DNA from: Dipteris shenzhenensis
Lineage: Eukaryota
NCBI GenBank assembly: GCA_047967505.1
Contig: CM106538.1
DNA length: 64,000 nucleotides
Direction: 5' to 3' (one strand)
In this document: positions 1 through 12,600 of the stretch, in pieces
How the letters are laid out: each line of letters opens with the position of its first letter
Position numbering within the stretch: the first letter of the stretch is position 1
Translations under genes and position numbers: made by a program
Notes under the pieces: generated by a model
Told to the model about the DNA's origin: nothing
What the model saw: only the letters and a program-made list of their open reading frames with translations
Databases searched by the model: none

Positions 1-60
1 TATCTCAGATGTTTTGGTTCTTCGTTATTTTAGAGAGCCTACTGTTTACAATAGTTTCAG

Positions 61-162
61 AGGACATTGCCTGCCTGTCAGTTTTGTGCCTTGGTGACAA
101 GCTGAGGTTATCGGGCACAGATAAAGTTAGAATCACAGATGAGATATCACCAAAGAGCAAGG
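61..162 (+). CDS. Internal coding exon of an uncharacterised host gene (exon A; gene begins upstream of the window)
   Basis: Acceptor tttcag| before 61 and donor G|gtaatg at 163. Open frame (E)DIACLSVLCLGDKLRLSGTDKVRITDEISPKSK-G. Ends phase 1, matching the phase-1 start of the exon at 586. Confidence 0.6.
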
Positions 163-585
163 GTAATGCTCAATTAAGGATAAACTGCTTATAGTATGAT
201 CTGTTGCCTAAAACATAGCACCAAATAAATATGAGCTGCAATAAGTCAATTAAGCTGGGAAGCACAACTCAAGGATTTGTGTTCCTTTCCTTGCACCTTG
301 CGAAGCATGTATGCTGTGAGTATTTCCTTCATTTTTCTTGAGGGTTTCTACATAATCAGCTTATCTTGGGAGGTGTATGTTTTTTATTGTACCTGTACAA
401 ATTTACTTTCACCCATATCCATTTAGCTGATGTTGCGCAAGTTACCTCCTTTTTCCACCTTTTGTATTTCTATTCACAAATTTTGGGTACATTGGCTTGT
501 GCATAATCTTACTATTCAGTGATAGATTCGGACAAAGGATTGAGAACTACACTTTTTTGAGGTCATTTGGAATTTTTTTTGGCAG

Positions 586-943
586 GACCTCTCCAACATA
601 GGCTATCAACAACCTTGATTGATCAGATGACTTGGATTATTACAAAAAGTCCAGCAAACACTGAACCATCACCAACAAACAATTCCAAAGGCTTACTGTC
701 AAACACGTTCAAAGAGTTGGATTATGAACTAGATGTTATTTCGAGTGATACAAAGCGTAAACCAAAGGTTTTTGCATCATCTCCATCAGATGCACCACAA
801 AAACGAAAGAGAGAAATTGTGAAAATAGCAGATAGTAACTCTGATAGTGCCTCTGCTCTCCTCAAGGGACGAAGTCTGTCATCTGAAGGAAAGATTCAAA
901 AATCAGCAGGAGTTGGTCCAGGATTCAAAATTAGAAATACCAG
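586..943 (+). CDS. Internal coding exon B of host gene (Ser/Lys-rich, probably disordered)
   Basis: Acceptor ttttttttggcag| and donor CAG|gtgaat. Lies within ORF 567..947. Phase 1 in, phase 2 out. Confidence 0.75.
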
Positions 944-1050
944 GTGAATGAATCCATACATAGCTTTGCTATGTAGAAATAAATATACGCAATCGTTTTT
1001 AAAAAATGTACAGCCTGACTGGAATGTGCTGTATTTGCTTCTTACTGCAG

Positions 1051-1094
1051 AGCTGGGATTGAAGCGAATTATCTTTTAACAGAATCAGAACATG
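1051..1094 (+). CDS. Small coding exon C of host gene (44 nt)
   Basis: cttcttactgcag| ... CATG|gtatca. Phase 2 to phase 1 exactly bridges exon B and exon D, reading R-AGIEANYLLTESEH-G. Confidence 0.65.
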
Positions 1095-1483
1095 GTATCA
1101 GTTATTTGATTTTATGTGCACATGAGTATTGATTAGCAAAAGCTTTCCTGCTTTGATCTTATGCTTAATATGCTAAAGATAACATAGAGGACCAATGGAA
1201 AGTGCAGAATCAAAGATGACCAGATATTTGTCATTTAAAGACTTCTCGTGAATTGAGTTCATAAAAAATTAAATTACTTAAATAGAGTTATGAGTTGCAC
1301 CATTTTCAGGAATACAGCTTGTAGGAAAGCAGGGCAGGAATCCTTTATTATGTAAACTACAAATACATTTGATTCTTAGCCTGAAAGTATAGAACCAATT
1401 GTTTAGATGACTGTTGTCACCTAGCCAACGACCTGCCCTTTGACTATGTGCTTTCCATACCATGATTGATTCAAAGTTCAAAC

Positions 1484-3314
1484 TGTTGGAATCGCAATTG
1501 CATATACACTCACATGCGATATAGACTGCAGCAATTCTAAATTACCATGGCTTATACAAATTCATGAATAGGAGAGGCAGATTATGACGCAGCAAAATAT
1601 CTTATATTAATCGACCAGGAGGGACAAAAACTCCTCGACTCTAATAGCCTCACCACTACTGTGGATTGTTGGCTTTACAACATGACAAAATTGACTCGAC
1701 TAGGGACCCTACGACCTTTATGAGCAGCTGCTCTACAGAGAGATGTAATTGACTCTCATCACGACAAAGAGAGTGAGCTCAAAGCTCTGATCTTTCTTTT
1801 CATGTTGAGCTACGCCGCCTTGACTAGAAGTTGCCAGAACCACCATGCAACCGCCTAGGCACCAAGTGCCATCCATGTAGTGGTTAGTTTCAAAGGTGGC
1901 CAATCACCCTCCTATTCCATGGTCCAATCACAATCAGGCTGCCAGCATAGAAGAATCACGTGCCACAAATATCTCCCCGCGAGGACCTATTCCAACAATC
2001 CCATGGTCTCCCAATGAGGCTTTTGCCAACATTGCCCCCCTAAAGCCGAATGGGAGGGGCAGATCAATTGATAGTACAATGAATAATTCTCATGACCAGC
2101 TACAAAAAAACAATTGCTCATTACATAGAAACTGGGCTCAACGTAGAATTTCAATTTTCAATCATGGATTCTCAACACTTCGGACACCCACAAAGGGCCA
2201 GAACAAACAGAAACTTCTGCAGTCAAACAACAAGATACTTGAGCCCAACAAATAACTCGAACAATATACCAAAAATGATCTACTCACTAAGAGCCAAGAT
2301 CATAACAAAATGATTGAACGCCCACAAAGAGCCAGAACAGTCCTAAAACACCATTCAAGTTCTAAAACACTGTTTAAATTCTAAAATGCTCCATCCTGTT
2401 CATAACTCTCAAAATCTCACTGATCCTCAGATCCTCACAAATTCTCTACAAACTCTTATCAGAATTCTTGACGAAGCTCTTTCTGTCGATCCTCTTAGAA
2501 CCGCTCTGATCTTCCCAACAAGAGCCTACTTAACATTGATAATATTTGGGATAGTTGTCGAATCCTTGGCTGTGTCCATATATGAGAACCCAAAACCGAA
2601 TATGCAAATCCACAAGAACCACAACGTCCAGGTTCTTTGTCTCTAGCTTGAATGCAACTTCAATTAGTTGTCATAGAATCTCTCACGACACCGTTTCTGA
2701 GAATATCTCTCGGACCCTTTCGCAAGTGGAACTCTCTCTAGGAACTGGACGACGCTGCTCTGATACCACTTCTTGAAATCACAATTGCATATACACTCAC
2801 ATGCGATATATACTGCAGCAATTCTAAACTACCATGGCTTATACAAACTCATGAATAGGAGAGGCAGATTATGACGTAGCAAAATATCTCATATGAATCG
2901 ACCAGGAGGGACAGAACTCCTCGACTTTGATAGCCTCACCACTACTGTGGATTGTTGGCTTTACAACATGACAAAATTGACTCGACTAGGGACCCTACGA
3001 CCTTTATGAGCAGCTGCTCTACAGAGAGATGTAATCGACTCGTATCAGGACAAAGAGAGTGAGCTCAAAGCTCTGATCTTGCTTTTCATGTTGAGCTACG
3101 CCGCCTTGACTAGAAGTTGCCAGAATCGCCATGCAACTGCCTAGGCACCAAGTGCCATCCATGTAGTGGTTAGTTTCAAAGGTGGCCAATCACCCTCCTC
3201 CTATTCCATGGTCCAATCAGGCTGCCAGCATAGAAGAATCACGTGCCACAAATATCTCCCCACGAGGACCTATTCCAACAATCCCATGGTCTCCCAACGA
3301 GGCTTTTGCCAACA
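1484..3314 (-). mobile_element. Complete non-autonomous LTR retroelement (TRIM/small-LARD-like), intronic
   Basis: LTRs at 1484-2031 (TGTT...AACA) and 2771-3314, about 95% alike by eye. TSD CAAAC at 1479-1483 and 3315-3319. Reverse-strand PBS TGGTATCAGAGC (tRNA-iMet) at 2757-2768. Reverse-strand PPT (plus strand ttgcccccctaa) at about 2032-2043. The ~740-bp interior has no gag/pol motif. Confidence 0.92.
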
Positions 3315-3409
3315 CAAACCTCATTAGAATCTATGACTATCCGCCTATGCAACCACCTAGGCACCACCCTCATCTTTCCAACCTTTGCCACAAGTGTTGT
3401 TACATATCT

Positions 3410-5231
3410 TTTGTTGCCGAAAAAACAGTGCTGATTATATTACTTCGAAAAAACAAGATACATGAGGTCAGTTTTGCAGCTGACGGGGCTGCGTTCACAA
3501 ATCGGACGCAGCCCTAAATGGAAACAGAAAGCTCTCTCTCACGGAGGGATCAGGCGGGTGTGAATAAACAGCCAGAGAGGTGGTGAATAGCGCCACTGAG
3601 GGCCGTGAGAAGTATGCTCGAAGAAGAGCCCCTGCGTATCCCAATCTCGGAGGAAACGTCTCCGCTTCTCCCGGCCAGCCCGGGAATCTCCCTGTATCTG
3701 GTCCCACTGGCCTCTGAGTGTGTATAATCTCACTCCAGATGTCGGTCATGACCTGGGCAGTCGAAAGAGAGGTGCCACCGAGGATCTGCGCGCAGCGCGA
3801 GGTCCAAATGTGCCATCCAGCAATGTTGCTAATAATCTCCCAGACTGGCTGCCTCTCCTGAGATCCTGTGTCCGCCTCTGCCAGGTGCGGCGGGATGCCC
3901 TCGAGTGGCCCCCAAGTCCCCTGTGTGATAAGGAACATGGGGTCCTGTGGGCCTGCCTCGAACAACTGATGAAAGCCAGGTGTGGTGCTGCACCAGCAGA
4001 ACGCGCCCCAGGTGATCAAACCTAGCTCCGGTGCTGCGCGAGTAAGGATCCCGAAGGTCCACCTCCACACTTCCTAGGCGCGAGTGCAGCTCCACAGGCA
4101 GTGTTTTGGTGACTCCTCGTCCTCATGACAAATCTGACAAAGTCCATCCTGACCAATCTGCCGCAACCAGCTCCCCACTGGAAGACCCTTTTGGGCGAGT
4201 AGCCAAGGGAAGTAGGAAATCTTTCGCGGCCGCCAGCTCTCCCACAAGGCCTTCCAGAAGGCCTGCAAAAATAGCATGGAGATACCCTGAGCATACCAAC
4301 TGGGCCGTTGGGTGGGCGGGCGGCTCTGCATCCTCCCGAGAACTCTCCTGCCCAATGTCGTGCTGTAAGCGAAGAAAGGGGTCAGCCCCTGGCCTGCCAC
4401 AACCTCTGGCCATCTCCACTCACCTGGGTCCCAATCAAGCTCTGACAAGGCCCGCCCCTCCCAAAGCCAGAGTCGCAATAACTGCAGCTGATCCTGCTCT
4501 ATACTAGGATCGATCCGCCAAACCTTCCCCACGAGGCCTACGACCCGAACCCTCTGCCACGGGAGAAGGGGGTCGATGAGCACACCCTCTCTCCTGAGTC
4601 GGCCGTCCCCCAAAACCGCGAAGAAGGAAACAGAGGTGTCGTCCATCCGGCCTGCGACCACCAGTGGGATGCCACGGGGGGTGAACTGTCCAAGCCAACG
4701 GTCATCACCAGGCATGAGGATCTGAATCTAGAGTGGAACCAACCAACCGGCAGGAATCGCTCCATCTATCTCTGTGCGTCTCGCCTGAGCTCCACGGACA
4801 CCTCCAGCTGCGGCTGCTAGAGCAACGGTCTCTAAGTGTCTGTAAGTGTCCCTCCAAACTCGAAGGGACCGGGCTGGCCCCCGCATCCAACCATCCCACA
4901 GGATATGTGACCTCTCCCCCAGCTGAAGGCCCAAGGTATCTCTGACCTGATCGTTCCAGATGAGCGGCTGGCGGTCGATCTCCTCCTGACAGCTAGGAGG
5001 GGACTGGATGAGACTGAGACGGAGTCGCCTCCAAACCATGAGAAGGCTACGAATGAGCGGGGAGCGGGGGTGAGTAAGCGGTGCAGAGGTGAAGATCCAC
5101 CGGAGGGACGGTAGCCACTCTCCACCTTGGCGCGGGACGCAAGAACTGATCCCCTGCTGAAGTAACATCTTCCACGTTTGCCCCCCCGGGGTCAAACCGC
5201 GGATAACTAACTTGCCTAGCAGGGCCTGACT
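3410..5231 (-). mobile_element. 5'-truncated L1-type LINE (ORF2 C-terminal part with zf-RVT-like region), young, intronic
   Basis: 16-bp TSD GTGTTGTTACATATCT at 3394-3409 and 5232-5247. Minus-strand frames give SQALLGKLVIRGLTPGG..WK, WLLAQKGLPVGSWL..CQICHEDEESPKHCLWSCTRA and VWEIISNIAGWHIW. A few frameshifts and stops. Strongly GC- and CpG-rich relative to flanks. Confidence 0.88.
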
Positions 5232-6299
5232 GTGTTGTTACATATCTAGTGTTTGTTGTTGCCTTGTTTATGCTCCAGAAGTGATGCTGAGAGACTTGCC
5301 AGGGAATGCTAACCTGCCATCCACAATGAACACGGTCCTTCAGCTGCTAGATCGAGAAGTTTCAACCATTGAATTTCTGCAATGTTGCTGAATAGGTCGG
5401 CAGCATAGTCGTTGTTCCCCCAAGAAACAGAGCATACCAATAGATGGAAAGGAGGATCATGGCTTCCAATGGAAAAGATGCTAGTTGACTAGGAGAAGTT
5501 GAGGTGGAGTAGGTGAAGATACGAGAGAAATTGGGGAGGGGAGGGGAGAGAGAGAGCATTATATGCATGGAAACAACTAGAAAGTATGAAAGACGTAATT
5601 AAAGAGCATGAACCAAAAGAAAGTACTCACATGAAGACCAAAGTGCTTGTAGGCTTGATTAGATTGAATGATTTGACAAGTGACAATACAAGCCTTTATA
5701 GGACAGGCACACACACTAGAGTGCACAAATGTATATGGGATGGTTCCCGATATGACACATGGCACTCACACATAAGACTCTACTAGAACTCCTAGTAGAA
5801 CACACTAAAACAAACTCAACTTGACTTCATGTTCTAACAACAATAACTTGGTACAATGCGAAAGCAAGACAAGCAAGAGGTGAACTTGCCACAATGTTAT
5901 CGAGCTGACCAGGGTAGTCGGACCACCTCTCAAATGGTCCAGAGATTACTCACCAATAATCCCCAATGCAACTAGCTAGCTTGTAGCTCAAGACTCTCTC
6001 CTCCCCCACTCTCCTCTCTCTCCCCATACATATAATCCACTCCCCAATTTCTATCCTATCTTTGCTTCCGTCCTCCATAGCTCTCTTCCCTTCCTACCCT
6101 ACCTCCTCTCCCTACTCCATTATGTTCCTTCAGTGTATCCTTGTTCTTGTTCTCACCAGCATTTCATAGGATCTTCTCTTTATGTTTCAATCTATCCCTT
6201 CTTTTTGTTTGGTTCCGCCAATTGCACTATGACATACAACATATTTTGTGCCATTCGAATAGTTGCCCCGTAATCGTATGAAGCCACATGTAGTATCAC

Positions 6300-6860
6300 A
6301 TCAACACTCGTAGGCATGAGATTGTTCGACTCATGGGATAATTTATCCATTCCACTTTGCATTCATTTGGGATCAGCAGCTTGGCTCTCTTTGACTAGGC
6401 CTCAGGTGTTCTATGAAGGGCAAGGTTCATCATGGGCTTTCAGGGTAAAGTCTCTTTTAGTTCAGGTTTGTTGTTTGGACCTTGTACCTATCACTCAGTA
6501 TAGAGCAGTACATGCAACAAGATGGGAGATCATCCCCAGTATCGCTGCTTGGCGCATTTGGAGGGCCAGACATACGGAGTCACTTGACAGCAGGTATGTC
6601 CAGCGTATGGACAGACATTGTACACACCTTGATGCCTATATGGTCTAGGATGCAGGGATCTTCCAGGTCGGTTTCGACAAAGAGGAGGTTTTTTCGCAGG
6701 GAATGGATGGACAGGCAATCGCCCTCTGGATTGACTTGGCATTTTCAGCTTTTTCAGTTTTCCATGGTCCTTCGATGCCATGATTTTTCATGCTCCGCAT
6801 GATGTGAACCTTGGATTTTATACTCTGGGTGGGCGTTTTTCTTGCTTAATAGAAATCTGT
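6300..6860 (+). mobile_element. Degenerate 3' fragment of a related LINE (boundaries approximate)
   Basis: RWEIIPSIAAWRIWRAR and VWTDIVHTL..WSRMQGSSR..KRRFFRREW align by eye to VWEIISNIAGWHIWTSR and IWSEIIHTLRGQWDQIQGDSR..KRRRFLRDW of the 3410-5231 LINE. Confidence 0.7.
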
Positions 6861-7224
6861 TCTTGGTTTGGGGCGGCGGTGGGGGGGAGGGGGGGAGGAG
6901 AGAGTATGTTGTGTTCTCATTTTCTGCACTAAGCAGGAACTGATGCGAGATTATAAGCTAGAAGTTTCTTAGATAGTGGTCTTCCTGCGAGCACTCCCAT
7001 GTGGTGTTTTTGTTGCAGATAGACTAAACATTAAGGGGAGATTCCGCTTTGCTTTTGTTTTTCTGTTTCTAAATCAGAAAGACTATGATGACTTAGAAAA
7101 TATGTTTAAACAGAGTTTTAGGAAGTCTACCCATAGCTATATATAGTTATACAAGCAGCATTTTAAAGGAGGCTGTATTTCTGAGAAAATCAATATGATA
7201 ATTTAGTTTAATGATGCCTGTCAG

Positions 7225-7597
7225 GGCCTGATGACGAGGACGTGGACATGGTTGAGCAGAGTTTGCATTCTCAGTCTATACATAACTCCAAAAGGAGCTC
7301 TAACCAAGCAGTTGTGGCCAAAAGTATTGCAAAAATGAAAGATCCTCTGAAGCTAGCAGAAGAGAATTTGAGCACTTTTTATGATCCTGAACAGTTGACT
7401 TCAAGCTTCCATAGTCATTATACAAACTACAGTTCTTCAAATGCACAAGCACATTTGCACAGTGGATCATGTCATGAAACAAAAGACGAGATTACCAGCA
7501 TACTCTTTAAAGTGAGACGGCCTTTCCCTGACAGCGATCAAAAGGAACAACCAGGAATATTGTCTATACAAAAGGAAAGATGCACTGAAAATAAAAG
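7225..7597 (+). CDS. Coding exon D of host gene
   Basis: tgcctgtcag|GGCCTGATGAC and consensus donor AAAAG|gtgagt at 7598. In frame with ORF 7242..7601 (PDDEDVDMVEQSLHS...). Phase 1 in, phase 2 out. Confidence 0.75.
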
Positions 7598-7697
7598 GTG
7601 AGTCAAAGAAGAGCAATTTTAAACATTTCCTTTGGAAATATATTCACCGAATTGTTTTCCAACTGGTATCTCCTTAATTTCTTGATTATGAGGACAG

Positions 7698-7750
7698 CCT
7701 GGGCACACCAATTGATATTGCAAACGGTGAATTATCAAGCTTTTGCACAG
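7698..7750 (+). CDS. Small coding exon E of host gene (53 nt)
   Basis: gacag|CCTGGGC...GCACAG|gtatgt. Phase 2 to phase 1, reading S-LGTPIDIANGELSSFCT-E. Flanking introns are 100 and 124 nt. Confidence 0.6.
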
Positions 7751-7874
7751 GTATGTTCAACCTGTGTAATAGGAGTCTATTTGGAACGATGGAACACCTA
7801 AAATTTTTTAATTTACAATCATTGAGTCCAAATTATGCCATGTATGATCTGAAAGTAGAACTTTGATTTAACAG

Positions 7875-7996
7875 AAGCTTTTCTTGCACCATCAAATCAT
7901 GAGCAGCAAGCCATGGTGGAAGATTCAGTTGTGAGTATGGAGACTGAATCTGTCATGAGGCCTTCCATAGAGAGAGAGCAAATTCAAGTCATGTGA
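7875..7996 (+). CDS. Probable terminal coding exon F of host gene (may extend to 8232 if the (AG)n tract is frameshifted)
   Basis: ctttgatttaacag| acceptor, phase 1. Reads AFLAPSNHEQQAMVEDSVVSMETESVMRPSIEREQIQVM* with TGA at 7994-7996. Confidence 0.55.
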
Positions 7997-9699
7997 AGTC
8001 AGGAAAGCTATCCTTGCCCAGCCCAGGGAGAATGGAGATTGAGGACATGAATCTCAAGCACAGGAGATTTGACATTCTTCACAAAAACTTGCACGAACAA
8101 CATTTCTTAGGGAAGGGCTGTCATTTCACTTCAGAACTTTTAGAACTCAAGATGGATCAGGGGTTGTGTGTTGATGCAGACTTGAGTGAGTCCCCCATGA
8201 GTCTGAAAAGAACCCCAGCAAGGAAAGTCTAATTTATGCCATTGGGATGGAACTAAAGACAGTCGCAAATGATTGTAGGCTTCAAAAGACTCTTCCACCA
8301 AAATTTTCTGCACACTCTCACAATTTCCAAACAGTAAATACAAAATCTTTGTCACCCGCAAAAGAGACCTCTGTTGATAGCACAGCTGGTGTTCTTAAGT
8401 ATTCTGTTGATGTTAACCTTTGACTGTTTTAAGCATTAACCAATGTCCTCATGGTCTTCTATTGCCCTTGAATCTGGGTGCAGTTGATCTTTGACAAAGG
8501 TGAGCCTGAACTTGCATAACAGCTTGGAAGGATTCTAGGCATTATTCCAGCCACCTTCAGATTATAGATGGAAAACTTCTTCTGAGAAGAAACCAGAAGA
8601 TATCCTACAGACTTCCATGGATGCCTCCTATATTCCTGGAAAATAGAGCCGAGAGGCAAAATACAGTCTCGACAGGTCCACTGGGCAATGAAAACGCATG
8701 TTATTTGTATCCCTTAGGTTTCTTGCATATTCAGGTTGGAATGATATCAGCATGTGTGCAAAAATTTATGAAGATGTTGCAAAGTTCACCTGTTAAATGT
8801 GCAGTTACCCTTCTTTAGATGTAGGGGAAATACATGTCCAGCACAACTCCATTTTTTATACCTGTGAAGAATAATAGCAACATATGCTCACATGTTCACC
8901 TCATGATAAAAAATTCTCTTAGGCCGCCTCTTTCAAATGCTGGTCAGCTTTACTCAATGCCATTTCCTTGATTCTTCTCTCTGTATCTATTAAATATGTT
9001 CTTTATTTTCTGCAACTCAGTGTGTTGCATGGGCAGAAACTCTTTTGACCAATTTCATTTGTACAAAAACATGTGAAATGGATGGTTGTGAGCAGCGGGA
9101 TAACAATGCCAAGAAACCATATGTGACAATCAATTCCTTACATGGATGAGTGCTACAATGTTGACAAGTAGAGAAATTAGTCGTTTTCTATCGATTCTTG
9201 CAACTAGCTTGGGGAGCCTCGTCAATTGATGAAGCTACTCAATCAGCATGTCACTTGTCTCCATTTTTCATTCTAAAAGACAATCCATTGAGACTCAAAA
9301 TTTACTTGCTACAAATCATATAAATTAGGCAACAATGAAGCTACTTCGCACCAGTGCTCCATGTGAGGGTGGAATTTCGAGGACTCCAAAACTCTGAAAT
9401 TGTATTCCTCAGCAACTCAATTGACATGGAATGACTGTACAAAGGTTGGGTTATATATAGACATAAAAAATCAGGAAACTAGGCTAATTACGTTCACACT
9501 AGCCTACATAATCATACCATTGTATATGTTTCTACAATTATGCCATTTTTCACAAACGCTTTGGTCCATATTAAGTGCTCTTCATCATTTGTTGTTTAAA
9601 AAGCCATCCTCCATGGATAATTTCTCCCCATTTTTCCTCCTCTTAAGAAGATTCTCATGGCATGTGGCATCCACAAACTCTAACTCTTCTTGGAGCATT

Positions 9700-12600
9700 T
9701 CTTCATTATGAGTATGGGCATGTTTTTGCCTAGGACGTTGATTAATGCTATCATCCACACCTTAATGCAATCCTCTTCTATGCCATTAGTCCTTAATAAA
9801 CAAGGATTTAGCATCCTTAGCCCTTTTTGTAAATATGACTTATAAAAAGTAGATACATCAAACCTCTTTCTTCAAGCTCAAGGAGCTTTCACTTTTCTAC
9901 TAGAGATTGACATTGATTGACATTGTTACTACTAGTGTGGTTGGGGTCTTAGCAAAGGTGACTTGTTTCTTGGATATGCTTGGCTTGTGGTGTAAGGTGA
10001 ATACTTCCCCTTCTCTTCTCCTCTTTCCAAGGTCAAGGATTTAAACATCTAAGTCCTCATATATTTATTGAGAAAGGTTAGGAAATTTATTGTAGTAATG
10101 ACCCTTTCTCTAACATATGTTGTTTCAAAATCTTGGTTGGGGATACTTGATTCTTTATCCCCGCCATCTCTAGAAAATTCTCTTGGAGAGCCATTTCTAT
10201 GTCCTTAGGCTTCTGCACTTGGCACAAAATATCAGCTAAGGGGTGTTGGCAAGAGGGACTCTTATTGAGGAGGCTAGGAGAGAAAGGAAACTACCTAATA
10301 ATGTTGAGAGGGACATATTGATGAGATTCATAGGTGTTGGAGGCTCTCAAGTGTATACATGTAAAACTAAGGTTGGAATTCGGAGAGGGGGTGGTAGTCA
10401 CACTACTAGGTCTACTTGCACCTTGTCAAACTTGATGGAAATTGATTGTGTGTATTACCATGGTGTTTGGTCTTTTCCACTTGAGCTTGAGCAGCTCTAC
10501 CCATGTTGCTCAACATATATCATAACATTCTAGAGAGAAACGTTCATTGCCCATTTGAGGGGGTATTAGGCTAGTTAGAAGTATTGCAGCCCAATCCATA
10601 TATTGGAATGCCATCTCGCCTTCTTCCTATCTCAACTTAGCCACCTCGCACATTGACAGGGTCTTCATTCTTTTAAAATTTTCTCCTCTCGTGTTCTAGT
10701 CACCAATGGCCAACTTTGCTTCATGGGATCAAAATGATTTTCATACTTCAGCATGTGGCAAGCCCCTAAAGGAATGAGGGTAAGTCCACCAACCACTTAT
10801 CTCTAGTTGGAAAGTTCAAGGTCACATAATGTTGCTTGAAGAGAATTAAATAATCATAAGGATTTTCATCCATCTTTCCACAAAAAACTAGTATTTGAGC
10901 CATTTTAATTAAATACAGAAAATGAGCATGCAATGGAATGATGAGAGAGAGGGAGTATGGGGTAAGGTAGTATTGTATTCATAAGAAGGGGATTAGAAGC
11001 TAATTTATGATCAACTATAGCTGCAAGGTGTCATGTGCATACCACAGTGCTCTATGAATACAAGTGATAGAAGTACTTCCTAACTTGTGCTCTCATATCT
11101 AGCTCTCACCTTTGCTCTAGTGTTTGCATGGCCCCCTTCATCATTGGAATGATGAGAGAGAGGGAGTATGGGGTAAGGTAGTATTGTATTCATAAGAAGG
11201 GAATTAGAAGCTAATTTATGATCAACTATAGCTGCAAGGTGTCATGTGCATACCACAGTGCTCTATGAATACAAGTGATAGAAGTACTTCCTAACTTGTG
11301 CTCTCATATCTAGCTCACCCTTGCTCTAGTGTTTGCATGGCCCCCTTCATCATTGCCATTGTGATTTTTATAGGAGACAATATCAGTGCATCCATCACTT
11401 CTTGATCTTCTTGGTGGTAAGCATCGTAGTTTCTTGATTGTGTCTCGCCACTTGCTCCAAGCCCCCTTGCCTAACTACCTACTTGATCTCAGATCTACTT
11501 GTTGCCTTACCACCTCAACCACGATTGTCCTCGTGGTTGCCAAGATTCAACATTCACTTGGACTTAGCTTCAATTAAGTCCTTGTAGATGGAGACCATCG
11601 AATAGTTGGGTAGTGTGATGGTGGGTACAAGTTTGGCTTAAAGACGATGAATTACAAGAACCCACCCTAGGTTGGTCACATTGGTGCTGAAGTACTCCTT
11701 TTTCTAGGTTGTGCTCGACATGTCTTGTGGTGGTTATCCCTTGAAGCAATACCTAGTAGGTTTGTTGCACAACTGAGCGAGGGTTGTGGAGGATGTAAGG
11801 GACAATAGGGTCTTGGGCTACCTTGGGAGGCAAGGAATAGATTGCATTGATGCCCACCAGAACTCGTTCCAAGTAGATCCTCCATTCCTCCTTCCATCCC
11901 TTAATTACGTTCACCATTAGCAGGTTGATGATGCCCAAGGGGTTGACCTTGTACTTCAACTTCTTGTAGGCTACCCAGCTCTTTGTCCATTTCTTAATTG
12001 ACCCTTTGTTCACACCAACAAGGTGTAGCCACATTGAACTTTCTCAAATAAGGGAAATGGTGAGGAGCTTCCCAACCAATCAAAGAAGATGGGTGAAATA
12101 GGTTGGCAATGTTTTCGTTGTCAGAACGGGCAAGATCACAATCTTTTGCATAATCATCGGTCTTTTTGCTTGGCAACAAAAATTTTCCTTATCCTTAGTT
12201 TGCATGTCATGGTTGTGGTTCGTTTTCCTTCTCCTTAGTTTGCATGTCATGGTTGTGGTTCATTTTATTCTAGAGGCTCACCTCAACTAAAAGATAGTTG
12301 AGTGGAATGACATGGGAGGTGGTTGGTAGAGGTGTTTGGGATTTGGTATCCCGTTTTAGCCTCCAAGGTGAAGTACTTGATGTGCATTTTTTCTTCCACG
12401 AGATCGCACGGAGAGGGGTGCCAAGTAGTAGGATTCTGATTGGGATGAAATCTAATGGCTTGGGGAGGGTCTTGCCACCATCACCTTTAGACTCAATGAA
12501 CACTTTTGCTTGAGAAAGCGGTGAGTTTTGTGTTACAAACTTGGCATAATGCTTGGGTGAAGTGGGATAGATTTGGGTACAAACTAGCTCATCTTGGGGT

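Noticed and set aside
1896-3517. ORFs 1896..2255 and 3182..3517 with identical N-termini (MANHPP...)
   Set aside because: They are chance frames within the two LTRs of the non-autonomous element, not duplicated genes.
5340-6300. Loosely inverted pyrimidine/purine-rich segments (5340-5570 versus 5990-6280)
   Set aside because: Similarity is patchy and low-complexity, and no ends or TSD could be defined.
7931-7970. Possible 40-nt intron (gtgagt...ccatag) in the last exon
   Set aside because: Too short for a typical plant intron, and splicing it does not connect to the long downstream frame.
9150-9450. Possible hAT dimerisation-domain relic on the minus strand (HWCEVASLLPNL)
   Set aside because: Only a few residues resemble it and the diagnostic ERxFS motif is absent.
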